Counted from the first letter of the whole stretch, positions 25,001 through 38,425 are shown. The stretch is DNA of 57,592 nucleotides, filler included, from Sphacelaria rigidula (GCA_964200075.2; 8 parts of 8 records of this genome joined end to end with filler, not necessarily neighbours in it), one strand, 5' to 3'. Made by a program: numbers and translations. Notes: generated by a model not told the origin, from the letters alone.

Positions 25001-25509
25001 CGTGGTAGTGAGGGATAAAAAATCGTAGTCACTCCCCTTCTTGTAGCTGCCGGGACAGAGAAGAGATTCCTTCCAAGGCCAGGAACGATAAACGCACTGA
25101 AGGTGATTGGTATGTTGTGATCGTTGACGTCATTAACAGTACCGTGGATGGTACCTGTACCGACACCTTCGAGTGGATGGCCACCAGCCGTGTAGATTTC
25201 GTGAGGCTTGTGAAGTACAGTGTAGTCCTTCATACAAACTGAGAAATCCGGTGAGAGCGAAGGATTTACGAATGTGTCAGGCGCCCCACTTTCCACCAGC
25301 ATGATGATGGATATAGCTGTCGAACTCAAATCGACGCTCGAACTTGAAGTAGACGTCATGAAAGCCCCGCCGAATGCACCAAAAAATCCAGAGGTGTTCT
25401 TTTGTTGAAGGCGTTGTCTAACGTCAGCCTTTGATGGTCCTAACTGTAAAACAACAAACGAGAAGTTGTCCTCGTCTGCCGGAAGATGGGCACTCCCCAC
25501 TTGTAACAT
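22015..25509 (-). pseudogene. Copia pol (protease, integrase, RT, RNase H) with stops and frameshifts
   Basis: LVESGA; LWHRRLGH..CDVCAVGK; LRADKRGE, TPQQIGANER; EWVLKVK..KARLVA; LYVDDLLV; RTKHIALRFFYIRE. Confidence 0.93.
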
Positions 25510-26253
25510 TGGACACCGTCGGGCGCAGCTGCGATTGCTACTCCACGTCCAGTGACGGATGGGCCCGACGATTTCCGAGAACGTTCGTCAATGTACATAT
25601 TGATTTACAGTAGATCGGATTTCTGCGAGGCCAAATGAGCGATCGCTATGACTGGTTTGTCGAACGAAGTTGTACTCCTTTGGGAAAGCACGAAGAATTA
25701 CATCTTCGTAGCTTTCGTCTGGGAAAATTTCTCCCATTTCTTTTTATCGAGCACCCAAATCGTCCATCTTCGACAAGAAATCGGAAGGGTCCTCGCCAGA
25801 AGTCATCACTGTGAAAAGGAGCTTTTTTCGGTATGCACGACGGGCTTCCTTTGTATTCCCGTCAAATCTATCGTCGAGCGCTTTCCATGCCGCCGCTCCG
25901 TTTCCAAGAGATACAGCTGCAGAAGTCGCTTCGTGCGCTTTTACAGTTATGTGTGCGGATTCTTCTGCAGCGAAGTATAAGGGTGAGAAAAGGTTTCCGT
26001 TCGCTTAGTCCCATTTAGCGACCTCTTCACTATTCGTGGCCGAGGGATGAGAACGCGGAGTCCAGTCCAAAACTGCCAGTACGTCGGGCGAATTAAAGCC
26101 GAAAGCCTGACGCATTTTCGACTTCCGTTCACGATACCCAGGGCCCGAGCATTTCGATATAAACTGTAATGTCCCATGTAAGGAAGACGATTCCGCCATG
26201 ACTGCACGCCCGGAGATCCGATGAACCTGATGAGCGCCACAGGCGCGTAATAT

Positions 26254-27281
26254 TGTCTAAAGTAAGTAGAGGCCCCCCTGAGGGTGATTCAGAGAAGCTG
26301 TAAAGTGAGTTTGTGTACTTACTGACCGACCACAGGTAGCTGAGCTGCGGTGTTGTGACGCCGGAGTTGCCAACTCCGGCCGCGTTCTACAGGCACAGTG
26401 GTCAGATGTACTGCTCAGACACTACACCTCCAGTGTAGGCTACACCCTGTAAAGTGTAGGCTTCATTCGGCTGACAAACACGGTGTTGCGGTGCTATCAG
26501 GCCAAAGTCTGACTTTCAGCAGACTTCGCTGCGCAGTTCGTGCGCAGGCTGTGTTTGGAGGTTTGTTACAACTCTCAAGTGTGCAAAGCTCTATGCGCCG
26601 CCCGGAAGCGGCTCGTAGACACAATGCCCCCCGAATGCTCTACACAGATACAACGTACCGTGTCCTTATCTTGTGCAGTCTTGAACGTCGGGTGATCAGT
26701 CCGCGTCCAAACAGCAAGCGGGTTAACTCAAAGTAAACCTCCAACCGAAGGCTCAGTCACTCTCTGTCTTGTGTTGCAAACCAACCGCAACTTCCAAACA
26801 AGTCCTCGCGCGGTTCATGACCTCTTGTGGATATTGTCAAGTGTATCCCTGCATGCGGGATCGGAGGCTGACTCCACCGAGGTTAGTCGGATCTAGGGAG
26901 TCGGAAAGCTTGGGCAGCAGAGGTACAGCAGTACTTCAGAGCAGAAGACAATGGTTCGATGTCGTAAACAAGGCGCTTGCGGCCAACACAAACAATTAAA
27001 ACAGACACAGGCTGCTGATCGCCCAGGTAGGATGGTGCTCCTAGAGGTGATAAGGAACCCAGACAAGCCAGGGAGGTAAACAAGGAGTGAGCTCGAACAC
27101 CGAGCACAGCTCATCAGCATCTGCTTTACAGACTTTCGCCTATTCCTCGGCAGACGATACATGCCAACCGAGACATATTATACCGACTGTACTTGATAGT
27201 CACACTTCAACAATGAGCAATGCATGAACAGTGCTACTATACATTGATTAGATAGAGGAATGTGTAGACATTCCCGTAAGA
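26254..27281 (-). repeat. 5' LTR; inner boundary uncertain
   Basis: Outer 275 nt match the other LTR; inner end guessed at a CA upstream of a tgtggcgc PBS-like site near 26240. Confidence 0.55.
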
Positions 27282-27469
27282 TCGAGCTGCGGAGAGATTT
27301 CGTCGTCTCTTCTTGCCTGCCGCCAACGCGAAGATCGATTTCTCTCTGCCTCTCCTTTTGGGCAGGACGCGCGTCTGTGCGCTGAAACACATGTCGTTGA
27401 AAACGTAGGGCAATGTTCCCGTCACCGCTACTACTGTTCCCTGTCACACACATGCCAGCAAGGGCGGTG

Positions 27470-28563
27470 CTGCGGCAATGACAGATAGATCCAATTTGAA
27501 CTTAGGGGGTGTTATTCATTGTTGATTTTCGCCGACCTCCCCCTACCCGGGTGGTCGAGCAGAAGGGCGCACCACACGCCAGTTGAGGGGGGTGTATGAG
27601 AGATCAACCACTTGTAGAGACCTTCTTGACATGCTGAGTGAAAAAAGATACCTATGGTGGTGACCTACCTAACTGTTGCTAGCGTGGCGCATAGGCAATG
27701 TGCAGCACACGCTGGTCGCGTGAACAGCTCGGTACAGTACAAGTAGTTTCCCATAAGTAATAATTATTCCAATGTCAGGAGGACGTGGTCACGGTACCAA
27801 ACTGCATCGAAGTCGCAAGACCTATGAAAGCTAGAGAGTTTGATTTTTATTATCTGCATCCACAAAATTAAAACGGTTCTGAAAACCTAAGGGAAGGTGG
27901 CTGCATCGTGTGCAGTCAAACATTCGAAGAAACCATCGGCATCGGACAGTGTTCGAACAACGGTACAGAAATCGACAAGTTAAGGTTCATATTAGAAAAC
28001 AATGCGCATGGAACGCTTTGCAGCTTGGAAAACACAGATTTTGATGGAAATAAACTTCTCCGGATCCCCATGTGTGTTGTATCCGCCTGTAAAAGTATTT
28101 CCTCGTTCATCGATGCCTGGCTGGGGGGCAGGGAAGCCGTCCTCCGTCAGGTTTTCAGAACCGTTTAAATTTTGTGGATGCAGATAATAAAAATCAAACT
28201 CTCTAGCTTTCACAGGTCTTGCGACTTCGATGCAGTTTGGTACCGTGACCACATCCTCCTGACATTGGAATAAATATTACTTATGGGAAACTACTCGTAC
28301 TGTACTGAGCTGTTCACGCGACCAGCGTGTGCTGCGCATTCCCTATGCGCCACGCTAGCAACAGTTAGGTCACCACCATAGGTATCTTTTTTCACTCCGC
28401 ATGTCAAAAAGGTCTCTACAAGTGGTTGATCTCTCATACACCCCCCTCAACTGGCGTGTGGTGCGCCCTTCTGCTCGACCACCCGGGTAGGGGGAGGTCG
28501 GCGAACATCAACCATGAATAACACCCCCTAAGTTCAAATTGGATCTATCTTTCATTGCCGCAG
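27470..28563. mobile_element. Foldback element: about 420-nt inverted arms around a spacer of about 260 nt
   Basis: 27470-27888 is the near-identical reverse complement of about 28149-28563 (ctgcggcaatga.agatagatccaatttgaacttaggggg...). Confidence 0.93.
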
Positions 28564-28748
28564 TGTAGTGCGTGAGAGGACCGCGTGCTTAGAGGACCGC
28601 GCCGTACTTCAAAATACCTCAGGATCGACGTTTTCCTAAAACAATCGATTCACTCCCTGCAGGTACCACGCCCCTGACCCTGACCCCAACCCTAACCCTA
28701 ACCCTAACCTCAATCATAGGGGTGTTCAAATTCCGATGCGGTCCTCTA
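28564..28748. mobile_element. (CCCTAA)n-containing MITE, truncated by the contig end
   Basis: tgtagtgcgtgagaggaccgcgtgcttagaggaccgcg...ccctaaccctaaccctaacc, homologous to 13782-13980. Confidence 0.88.
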
Positions 28749-28859
28749 NNNNNNNNNNNNNNNNNNNNNNNNNNNNNNNNNNNNNNNNNNNNTTAATTAA
28801 TTAANNNNNNNNNNNNNNNNNNNNNNNNNNNNNNNNNNNNNNNNNNNNTGCTGCGTTCT

Positions 28860-30070
28860 CTTCCGTCGTGCGGGGGGTGGTGGGGGAAGCGCGGCGGTCT
28901 CATCTGTTGCTTGCCTTGGTCGTTTGACCATTGACCACGCGTCCCTCTCGAGACGGAGCACCGTTCTTACTCCTATTAGAGCCGCCGTCAACATTCCCGC
29001 GCTCATTACTTTTCTTCCATGCATTACACAGAAACCTTTTACATATCTTATGACCGTCTTGTTTCGCCGTCTGTGGCCACCATCTATCTCCTAGTATAGC
29101 CATCGTTTTCGCGCTAGTCTAATGCATCAAACCATTTCATGCCACCTTCGTTCACGTCCCGCATTTCCCCCTCTAGCACGTCCCGCTCCTCCTTGTATAG
29201 TTCACATTCCGCCACTATATGACTCTTGCTCTCCCTTGCTTTGCCACGGAGGCAATTCTGTCCATCTACTTCCTCCTCCTTTCGACAACTAGTATATCTC
29301 TTTCTTCTTTCTGGCAGGTCCAGGTCTCCCACCCGAAATCGCATTTGAAGATTTTTCGCCATGCAAATGTGCTTTCATCCCTATCCCCTCCCTCAACCAC
29401 CCGTATATCTCCAGGTGTTCTCCTTCGTCTACTTTGCGTATAAGCGCTTCTTTTTCCCTATTTATGTCATATCTTTTCCTTCTGTCTTGTACCCCGCGTC
29501 TGTATGGACAGTTTTTCGTCTTGATTTCCTCCCATCTATTTCCAATTTCCATACTTTCTCGACTTCTCTATCCCACCTTATAGCACGCCCTTCCGTACTT
29601 TTCTTCCATACAGCATTATCAACTAAGGCTGGCAATCTCTTCCTCTGCATGTTCCTTACGCTATATTGCCATCGCAATTTCCTCACGTCTCTGTTTTGAG
29701 TAAGTACATTCCCAAATCTGCTCTCAAAACTGTATAACTCGTCGTTTTTCGAGCATCCAAGTATTTTCTTAGCTGCTGGCATCTGTACTGTTTCCAACCT
29801 CTCGACCAACTTCACGTTCCCCTCCCATACTTCTCCTGCATATTTCAGCTTAGGTACGATCACGTTCATCAGGATACATCTCTTAATCCTAGTGTATACG
29901 TGCGGGACTCTGAGGATCACGTCCATCCTGCCTATCTGTGTCTTACCCTTTTCTATTACGTCGTTCATATGTGCATCCCAAGAACAGTCTTTTTAGATCT
30001 CTACGCCAAGGTATGTAAACATACTGGTCTACGATCGGCAGTTCCTCTTCTCCCCACTTCCATTTGAACT
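28860..30070 (-). pseudogene. LINE 3' portion (RT thumb/C-terminus), 5'-truncated and decayed
   Basis: WKWGEEELPIVDQY; VIVPKLKYAGEVW; KLRWQY; ESKSHIVAEC; ends at ILGDRWWPQTAKQDG. Confidence 0.8.
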
Positions 30071-30269
30071 CTACCGGATTTTTCTTCCTATCGTCGTTGG
30101 TGTGAGTGTGGGGGGGGAGAGTTGCTTGGATAAAATGAAAACGAGCTTTGGAGCTTGACACTTGTACTTGTGGGATATGCATATCAACTTGAAGATTCTA
30201 GGTTCAAGACTGTCAAAGAGCCCGTTATAATTGTTGCTCGTCGGATTGCTGACTCCTCGACTCAAGTCG

Positions 30270-30365
30270 TGCACCACGAGCACTGACTCGTGTGCTCGAG
30301 TCATTTACTTTTCCACAACGAGCAATGACTCGAGTACTCGTCCTTTCGATTTTTACACCACGATT
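30270..30365. repeat. Dispersed GACTCGAGTGCTCG-rich repeat family, partial copy
   Basis: gactcgtg.gctcgagtcatt...caacgagc.atgactcgagt also at 56595-56785 and 57200-57360. Confidence 0.7.
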
Positions 30366-31449
30366 AATGACTGAAGAGGGGGAGCTCCGCAGCTATGGCG
30401 TCGGAGATGCCCATGCAAGCGTCACTCTCTTCAGCTGTCAACGGCGGTCGGTATGATATCATGTGTGCGAGCATTGGGGGAAATTGCGAAAGGCATTTGC
30501 TGGTGACACAATTTTGGGTCATGGGCGTGAACCAGCCTGTATACACACCAAGAAAAGCGTAAGGTCTACACACACCACAGTGCAGTGACAGGTGCATATG
30601 CAGCACATGAGGGAGCCGCGCGTGTGTGCTGCGGTACAGTAAAACATGAACCCCGTTAAAGTTTTTCAAGAAGAAAAATTCGACGGCTCTCGTACGAATT
30701 GGTCTTACAGCCTGTATATCATTCATTTTTCACGTCAAGATCGTGCCGGTGTAACACAGATGAACCACACTGGGGGTGAGGCCGTGTCATATTGAGACAA
30801 TAAAAGGAAGCGGAAAGAGGGAACAAATCAGTGCCGCTTGCTGGCCCACAGGAAGCACCTTGGGTCCTGAAAAAGATGCACAAACTGGCTTCCCGGGGAA
30901 AGCGGTGATTTTTTCTACACCTGGCGCAGTCGGAGACAGCTCTGGAATCTCAACCGGCGTGACTGAACCACGTTACGCCCTCGCAATCAAACCCGAGCAA
31001 ACGCGCACAGAAATCCATGGCACAAGTGCAGCACGCCTGGCACTAGCTTTTGCTAGTTTATACGCAGTGTTCTCTGTTCCACGGCAGTCCGTGTGGTGTT
31101 GGATGAGGGCCGGCCGGGGTTGTGCAAAATAACTGGCTCAAGACGGATTCGTCGACTATTTGCCGGTGTCTTATACGGCGCCTGTCGGACAGAAACCATC
31201 ATGTCTCATTCAGTTTTGTGAAGTTATCCTGCCGCCCGCTCTAAAAGTGAACCCTTTCAGCTGCATGCACTGTGTACCAGCTTGCGCACATTATTCTGGG
31301 GCAATGTCGCAACGGAATAATCCACTGCGGTTTCTCACCATACGGTGGTATCGTGCATGGGAGCATATCTTGTCTCCGAGGTGATTGATCTAATACATAT
31401 ACAGTACACAGCGTAACGGATCCACAGTATACAGCTCTACAGTTCACGG

Positions 31450-34100
31450 TATCGGTTTTCCACTTGAAAACCCAGTTAGCGTTTATTATGTTACCCCCTT
31501 CCGGAAGCGATCCAACTGAGGTAAAAGAACCTGCATCAATCAACCTTTCGAACTCGAATTCCACCCCCCTGCCAAAGGGCAGCATGTGCAGAGGCGCGGG
31601 CTTCGGCGATCGTTGTGGGCTCTGGCTCTTTGGCATGTTCTGCAGGTATCTCGCTCGGCTTCTTCAACGTTCCCTACTCCGCGATCAGCGCGCGCAAGGC
31701 TTGGACCCCGTTGATGGGCCCCAGCGAAGTTAGCAAACCGGTCGCTTGTTGCTGGTTTAGCACTTGAATTTATGCTCGCGTCCTGCCCTCCTTGCGTTTT
31801 TGATCGTCATGCGGACCCACGTTGTACGCCTCGAGCTGTCTTAGCGCGTTGCGTGTTTGCGCTGGCACATCATCTCGATCAGGCATAAAGTCGATGCTGT
31901 TGCTCGAGGACGATGCAGGTGCTGATGATGTACCGTTGGAAGATGATGGCGGCGTATACCTGATCGATCGTCGGAACATGGCGAGGGCGATGCTAATGAC
32001 GACTCGCCGCTGCATAGCGACGCTGATGGTGATGGAGCGTCCATCGGTAGTGGAATATCGAGAACTATCCGCCTGCTCGTCGTCTGTGCTGGTTGTTGAC
32101 TGTCCTCCACTGCCTGGGACGGTAGTCGTACGTGTGGAATTCCTTTTCCTGTCTGCAGCCACACTTTCGCCGACCTCCTTATCGCAGACTTCATCATCCC
32201 CTCCTCCCGTCTCTGCTATTTTCAGTGATTGCGGCGGCGGGAGGGACTGCGGCGATGCTTCCCATGTGATGTCTCGAGTCTCGATAGTTTGCCCTCCCCG
32301 CGTCAGCACACGGTAAGAGTCACGCTGGTGCTCGCGCGAAGACCCGAGATAAAAGGCAGCAACTTAGATGGCCGCTTCCATCGGCATTACGCCGGCTTGA
32401 GGAAGAGATGCGGATTGGCCGGCATAGCCGACCCGAACCACATGTCGTCGGATGATTCGTTGTCCGGATTGGAAGTCGAAGCAGTGCAGTTGATCTGTTC
32501 ACACGCTCAATGCATTGTCTCAGCCCACAGCTTTTCGGTCTTCGGCAGCTGAACATGGCCGAACAAAACCTCCCCGCCTGAATTCTCGGTGACATGGGCG
32601 GGGGTTAATTCCTGCTTAATCCACAGCCATTCATATACCGTTGTGAAATTATCCCCGAAAACCTCTCCCCCGTTGTCAGATCACGCTGCCCGCACTACCG
32701 AAGGAAATCCGTCAGCTCGCACGTCTACGAGGAAACGATTGAAAGTCTGATCAGAATCAGCATTACATGTCGAGAAATACAGCCAGGGATTTGTGCTGCG
32801 GTCGTTCTTGATATTCATTAGATCGTGTTCCCCCCCTACAGATGCAATTTCTTTTCTGCCTCCTACGTGAACAAAAACCCCACCCAGTTTGGTTTGGCCT
32901 CTACTTTCAGTCTGATGATGGACACCTTTTCTGTATTCCTTTGCGTTATCGAGCACTCTGTGCACGCATGCATGTCTCCTCGAAGTTTGATACCTAAACG
33001 TCTAGCAGAATGCCTCAACAGCTGTTCGTGAGCATGATCTCAGATGCAGTGAAACAAGTTGATCTCCATACTTGTTACAGAGGGATGGTTTGAGGGTATA
33101 ATTACTGGCAGTGAGAAGCATCAATTTCTCCCCAATCCGGTACGCTATGGCCACTAACATACCATCCTTGTTTGCAAACGTCACACGTCCGTTGAATGCA
33201 GTCATTAGCCAATCTGGAGCTCCCAACTGGTCCCAACCCTCATCGTCAAATTCCGCACGAGGCGAAAATAGCTTGTATCCTAGTTCAGGAGCTTGCAGTA
33301 CGTCTTTCAACTCTGCTACATACTCGTTCTCCTCTGCCATGAAAACTACCGTCAGGTTATCTTTCAGCGAAGCGTCACACGTCACACCGCCTATGTCACC
33401 ACCACTAAAAGTTACGGCGTAAGATCCCTCATGCACCGCAACGAATCAGTCAGATGATAAGGAGCACCAGTGTCGCCATACCTCTCTTCACAGAAAAGTC
33501 TAAAAAGAGAAGCAGCCAATGCTTTCAAGCTTGAAAGCTCACCACTCTCTGTCTTCGAGTCGGCTTGTTTTTCCTGCTCTGGAGCCTTGGTTACACGGGC
33601 TTTGCGGTCGCGACCCAAGTGCGAAAGGCCACAGCGAAAGCATTCCAGCGGTCTTCTTCCAACTTTTTCAGCTTTCGCGGAAACACTCGTGTTTTCAAGT
33701 GGAGTACCTTGTGTGGTTTTCCTAGTTTTACCCTTGCTTTTCCCCGCAGTATTCGCTAGTAAGGCTTGCCCGGTAGACCTTACAATTTCGCCCTGCACCG
33801 ACATGTTCAGGTAAGGATGTCGCATATTCTCCTCTATTGCTTCCCCAGCACGCGAAAAGTGACCGCTCACAGTGTTTTTGATCGTATCTACTCGTTGGTG
33901 AGTCCACGCAGCATAAGGGCGCATGTCCCCCGCCGTGCTCCGTGCCCGATGCTCCCGGCGCACCTTCACGCACAGAGGGCTCCCCGCGACCTATACCCTG
34001 GTCGCTGCCTCCCCATGGACCGAGCAAGCTTCATTCAAGAAGGTCCCGAAGCTCTTGAATTTTCACCTTGAGGTCTTGGTGTTCTGGCGGTGAATCTCCT
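31450..34100 (-). pseudogene. Heavily decayed Copia gag-pol remnant
   Basis: Zinc knuckle-like ECFRCGLSHLGRD; DTGAPYH protease motif; LKDVLQAPELGYKLFS; FLVDVRADG; IETRDITW; NIINANWVFKWKTD RT start, then truncated. Confidence 0.8.
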
Positions 34101-34289
34101 CGTTTTTTCGACGGACTTGGGCCAGGTTTTCCTCTTGTATAGCGGGAGAGCTACTCCCATCTACTACACTCCTAGGCGTAAACATTTTGTTACCGTTGGT
34201 CAGTCTGTACTCTCAGGTGGTGGGCGCTAGCGTGCACAGAATTACCTCTATGGGCAAAGCAATGGAGAGTAGGACTCATATATCTCGTA

Positions 34290-34690
34290 TACAAGGAGGA
34301 ACGAGACGTGTTAGAGGGGGGAACGCGGGAAGTGAATGAAGCGGTACATTAGACCGTAGCGAGAAGATGATCGCTATAATTGGAGATAGACTGTGGCCGA
34401 AGACGGCGAAACGGGAAGGGGATAAGATACGTAAACATTTATCGTGTAATGTATGGAAGAAAGGTGATGAGCGCTGGAATGTTGGAGGTGTCTCTATTAG
34501 GAGAAGGAACGGTGCAACATCTCGAAAGGGATGCGTGGTCAATAGTCAAATGGCTGAAGAAAGCAACAAATGGGTACGCCCCCCCTCCCCCGTCGCTCAC
34601 ATGCTCCGTCTCGTTAGGGATGCGGGGTCAATGGTCAAACGACTAAGGCGAGCAACAAATGAGTACGTCCCCCCCTCCCATCGCTCGCGA
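34290..34690 (+). mobile_element. 3' fragment of the same LINE family as 28860-30070
   Basis: IAIIGDRLWPKTAKREGDKI..LSCNVWKK matches MAILGDRWWPQTAKQDGHKI..FLCNAWKK; the 3' UTR motif is repeated. Confidence 0.75.
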
Positions 34691-35186
34691 GACTGTGATT
34701 TGGATCATGACCCTGGTGCATTTTGCTGTCGTACTTAACCCGTAACCTTGAACTATCAAGAGGGGCCGAAGATGTGAGATGTAGGCGTTCTTACCTATCG
34801 AGCATTACAGTTCTCAGATAATCCAAACGATTTTGAATACGTCCGAAAAATAGTTCTTAAAAAGAAAAGAGAAAGAGCGCACATCATGCTTTGGAGAGGT
34901 TAATATCCCAAAAACCAATCAATTTGTCACTAAACACATGTCGCAGATTGTTTGCTCGTGTTGCTACTTTGAAAAGGTCAAAAAGACAGGCGCTCGAATT
35001 TGCTGTGTAAGATGCTTCTTTGAGAGTGCAAGACCTGGCAGGTGATGCCGCTATAACCCCCCACCGCCCCCCCCCCCCCCCCCCCCCCCCCCCCGCACCC
35101 CCCCCCAACACNNNNNNNNNNAAAAAAAAAAGGGGTGCTTGGGTTTTGGTTTTTTTTTTTTTTGCTGTGAACGAGCAACGCCCGCC

Positions 35187-35220
<34 letters not shown>

Positions 35221-35617
35221 CCAAAGCAACCCCAACATTGCTGATAAAAAAATGGCTATTCGGCGCCAAATACAGTAGCTGGTTTTAGACAGTATAAAGC
35301 GCCCGGGCGAAAACGATGCCAAGTTTGGGAGTTCCCAGCTGCCCGGTATACTCGGCCTTTGCCATTTTGATTCGCATGTAAAGTTTGGGGTGGCCTTGAC
35401 GGCATCGATCGCTCTGTCAACATTGTCCGCGTAGCGGGATACAAGGCAGGATCACTCTCGTGCAAGTACCATTATCTCAAGGCTATGGCTGCAGCGATGA
35501 GTATTGCCAAGCATTGCCACGTGCGCTACGACATAACAGTATTCCGTTGAATTTACGAGCCCTGTCGCTGACCATGCCGCCCCATGCCTCCATGTCCGGT
35601 TTGTTGGGTGACCTCAG

Positions 35618-35683
35618 GTACTAGACGTCGGCTCCGGGTCCGGTGTGTTGGCCATATTCGCCGCTCAGGCTGGGGCGAAGAAG
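35618..35683 (+). CDS. 66-nt exon of a protein arginine methyltransferase (SAM-binding motif I)
   Basis: ctcag|VLDVGSGSGVLAIFAAQAGAKK|gtgcgt, phase 0/0; matches the type I PRMT motif VLDVGxGxGILSxFAAxAGAxKV. Confidence 0.85.
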
Positions 35684-36367
35684 GTGCGTGTTCTCTCGTG
35701 CGCTTGCAACCATCGTCGCACAAGTGATCTCCTGTGTCCACCTGTGAATACCGCTTGCGTGTGTATTGTGTCGGGTTATGCAGAGTTCATATTTGTACGC
35801 AGAGGGCTCGTGACATTTTCCACATTAGCCATGCCCTCCCCCCATCCTTGGGAAAGCCCTTCCCCCATCCTTGTGAACGCTGGTTGACACCCATGAGGCA
35901 GTGTAAAAGCTGTGGCTGTCTCTGGAAGTGGCGATACCACAGAATAAAGCAACTCACTGNNNNNNNNNNNNNNNNNNNNNNNNNNNNNNNNNNNNNNNNN
36001 NNNTTAATTAATTAANNNNNNNNNNNNNNNNNNNNNNNNNNNNNNNNNNNNNNNNNNNNTCAGATTTTATATTTTAATATAGACAGTTGAGTAAGGCCCC
36101 CCCCCCCCTCAGTGTCAACCTTGTATTTTCTCTGAACATGCGAGATACCGCTCATCAAAACGATGTGCCGCTATCGACATTTTTCGATGTTTGGCAGTTC
36201 TTCTGTCACCGCAAGAAAAGTCGACTTTTCGCGACCGCTCAGCCGCATGTGCTGATGCTCTTTACAGTACGCACGGGCTATACTGGCTTCGTTGTACGGT
36301 ATCTTGGAAGTTTTACGTGCAGGCACTCATAGTGTCTGTATGTTGATTTCCTGGGATAGACTAGCTC

Positions 36368-38312
36368 TTTCGGACCAGGTGTGCAGAATTGAAAAAACGA
36401 GCCAGAATCACGGGTCTTCGATCGGAGTACTTCCGCCACATCATCCGGAGATATGTGCTGCACCTGTACCTTGAAACAAAGCTGCGCCTGTACTGTACCT
36501 TGAAAGACGACGAGGGGGTGGGGGGGACTTTTCGCCTCGTACGGCTCATGATCGAAGAATTGGATTATGCTGAAAAACAATGAAGGAGCACAACATAACC
36601 AAGCAGAAGAGAGGAAATTGAAGGAACGGAGAAGATGTAGGAGGGAAACATCACTGAGTTGGAAAAATTATGGAATCAAATCGGCGAAGACCGGCCCCTG
36701 CAGCGTCGCTTCAGGTAAACGGCCGTGCGCAATCCAAGGGCACATGCACCCATACACCGAGCAAAGCAAAAAAAAGGCAGTAGGAGCAAATTGTGGCTCA
36801 GCTATTTCGGGCCATACTATTTTGGTATGGGCTCTCATCCATGAGCTCTACGGAAGTTGGGCACCAAAATGCTAGTGTGCAACATAGAGCGGTCGGTGGA
36901 GGGAGAACGAGATAATAGAGGAGGAGGAAACTCCGGAAGCGATGAAGTTCATCGACAGGAGATTTCGTACAAGAGTACAATATGGGAACACCGCAAAATT
37001 ACAGGCAAAGGAAGCGCCGATAAACGATAAGAGGAGACAAAGATAGATCAGTTTTGGTGTTAACCCAGCTTGCCCCACTCGCCCCCAGTTGGGTACAAAG
37101 CGAGGCACTCTCTCGCCCATTTCAGTCCTGGATTTCGTGCCGGCTGTTGCTGTGTTAGCGTTGGCGGCTCTCCGATTGACGTCTCTCGATGCAGCAGCCT
37201 CTCTTTTGTGGCGAATATCCCACTAGAATTTGTGCTCGCGTCGCCACGTCTCCGCGAACGTTTCCGCCCCATTCTAGATTAATAGTAGTACAATGACATA
37301 TACAGGACGGTACAACACCACAACAAAATTGTGTCATCCCTGCGGCAAACACATTCTCGAGATATGGCAGCACGCCCACAAAAATATGAGTACTACGAAA
37401 GCGTGGGCAGAGGGCGTGTTGTTCGGGTATATCGTAGCACTTGTGGACGAGACCGTTGGCCAATCATAATGCATGGACCCGACTAAATGGTTGAACCCCG
37501 GAAATGTACCCTGGCCGAAGGAAGATCTACGTATGCTCTCCTTCTCTCTCTTGAGAGGGGCTTGGTAGTCAGAGACTGCGCGGCTACACAATAATTTGTG
37601 GTGTGCTTGTGGGTTGGTTCTCGCGACGAACCGGACAAGGTTAAGCACCGAGAATCGAAATCAGGAACATATCATACCGCCTGAAACGCGGGGAATTTGT
37701 GTTCATGAATTATTCGGGAATCCCGCTTAGATTCTGGTGTGAGGAAAATCTACGTTGGGTGTCCTCGGAGTGCAGGAAGCCGGCCTTTGAGTGTCGGGGT
37801 GCGGGGAGTTGTTTGTGGGCAGAGGCTCGGGATGGCTCACGGCAACAACACGCCGAGATTTGTTTTGTGTTTTGGTGAACGGCAAATAAACAGGTGAAGG
37901 ATCAATTCTTCGGGTGCCATGGTTGTTGTTGATGGCAGTTTGGCTAGGGGCGCGTAAGGTACAAGGGACACTCAAGTAGTCCATATCCGACCAGAAAAGG
38001 TCGAGAAGACGGTGAAGAAAGGGTATTTAGAAAAATGAGACGCCAGGTTCGGCATTCCTCTGGAATTTCCGTCTAGCGAGGGTACAGGGTGTACTTGTGA
38101 AGCTCCGTTTTGCGCGTGGGGCGAACGAGACAAAAATGCAGTTCTCCTTTATGTAGCCTCAAGGTACAGCACATCTAACAAAGATCGAATAAAAAATCAA
38201 GTACAGGCGCAGCTTTGTTTTAAGGTACAGGCGCAGCCATTATCCCCAAGCAATGTAGATGAAAAACGGCGATTCTGGCACGTGTATTCAATTCTGCACA
38301 CCTGGTCCGAAA
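36368..38312. mobile_element. 1.95-kb TIR element, possibly with a very decayed transposase
   Basis: Perfect 26-bp TIR tttcggaccaggtgtgcagaattgaa plus a second inverted block at about 36457-36495 / 38200-38238. Confidence 0.75.
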
Positions 38313-38425
38313 TTGGACAAAGTTCAGGCGGAACACGTGAACGTTCACGTGTTCGAGTCCAATTTCTTATTTTTTTCATCCGCCATAGTGACTGACACCA
38401 TCCAACTGAATGTTCGGCTAACAAT

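Larger units (their letters stand above)
21638..27281 (-). mobile_element. Ty1/Copia LTR retrotransposon, decayed
   Basis: LTR copies 21638-21912 and 27007-27281; PPT gaaggggaa|TG at 21912; domain order protease-integrase-RT-RNase H on the minus strand. Confidence 0.95.
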
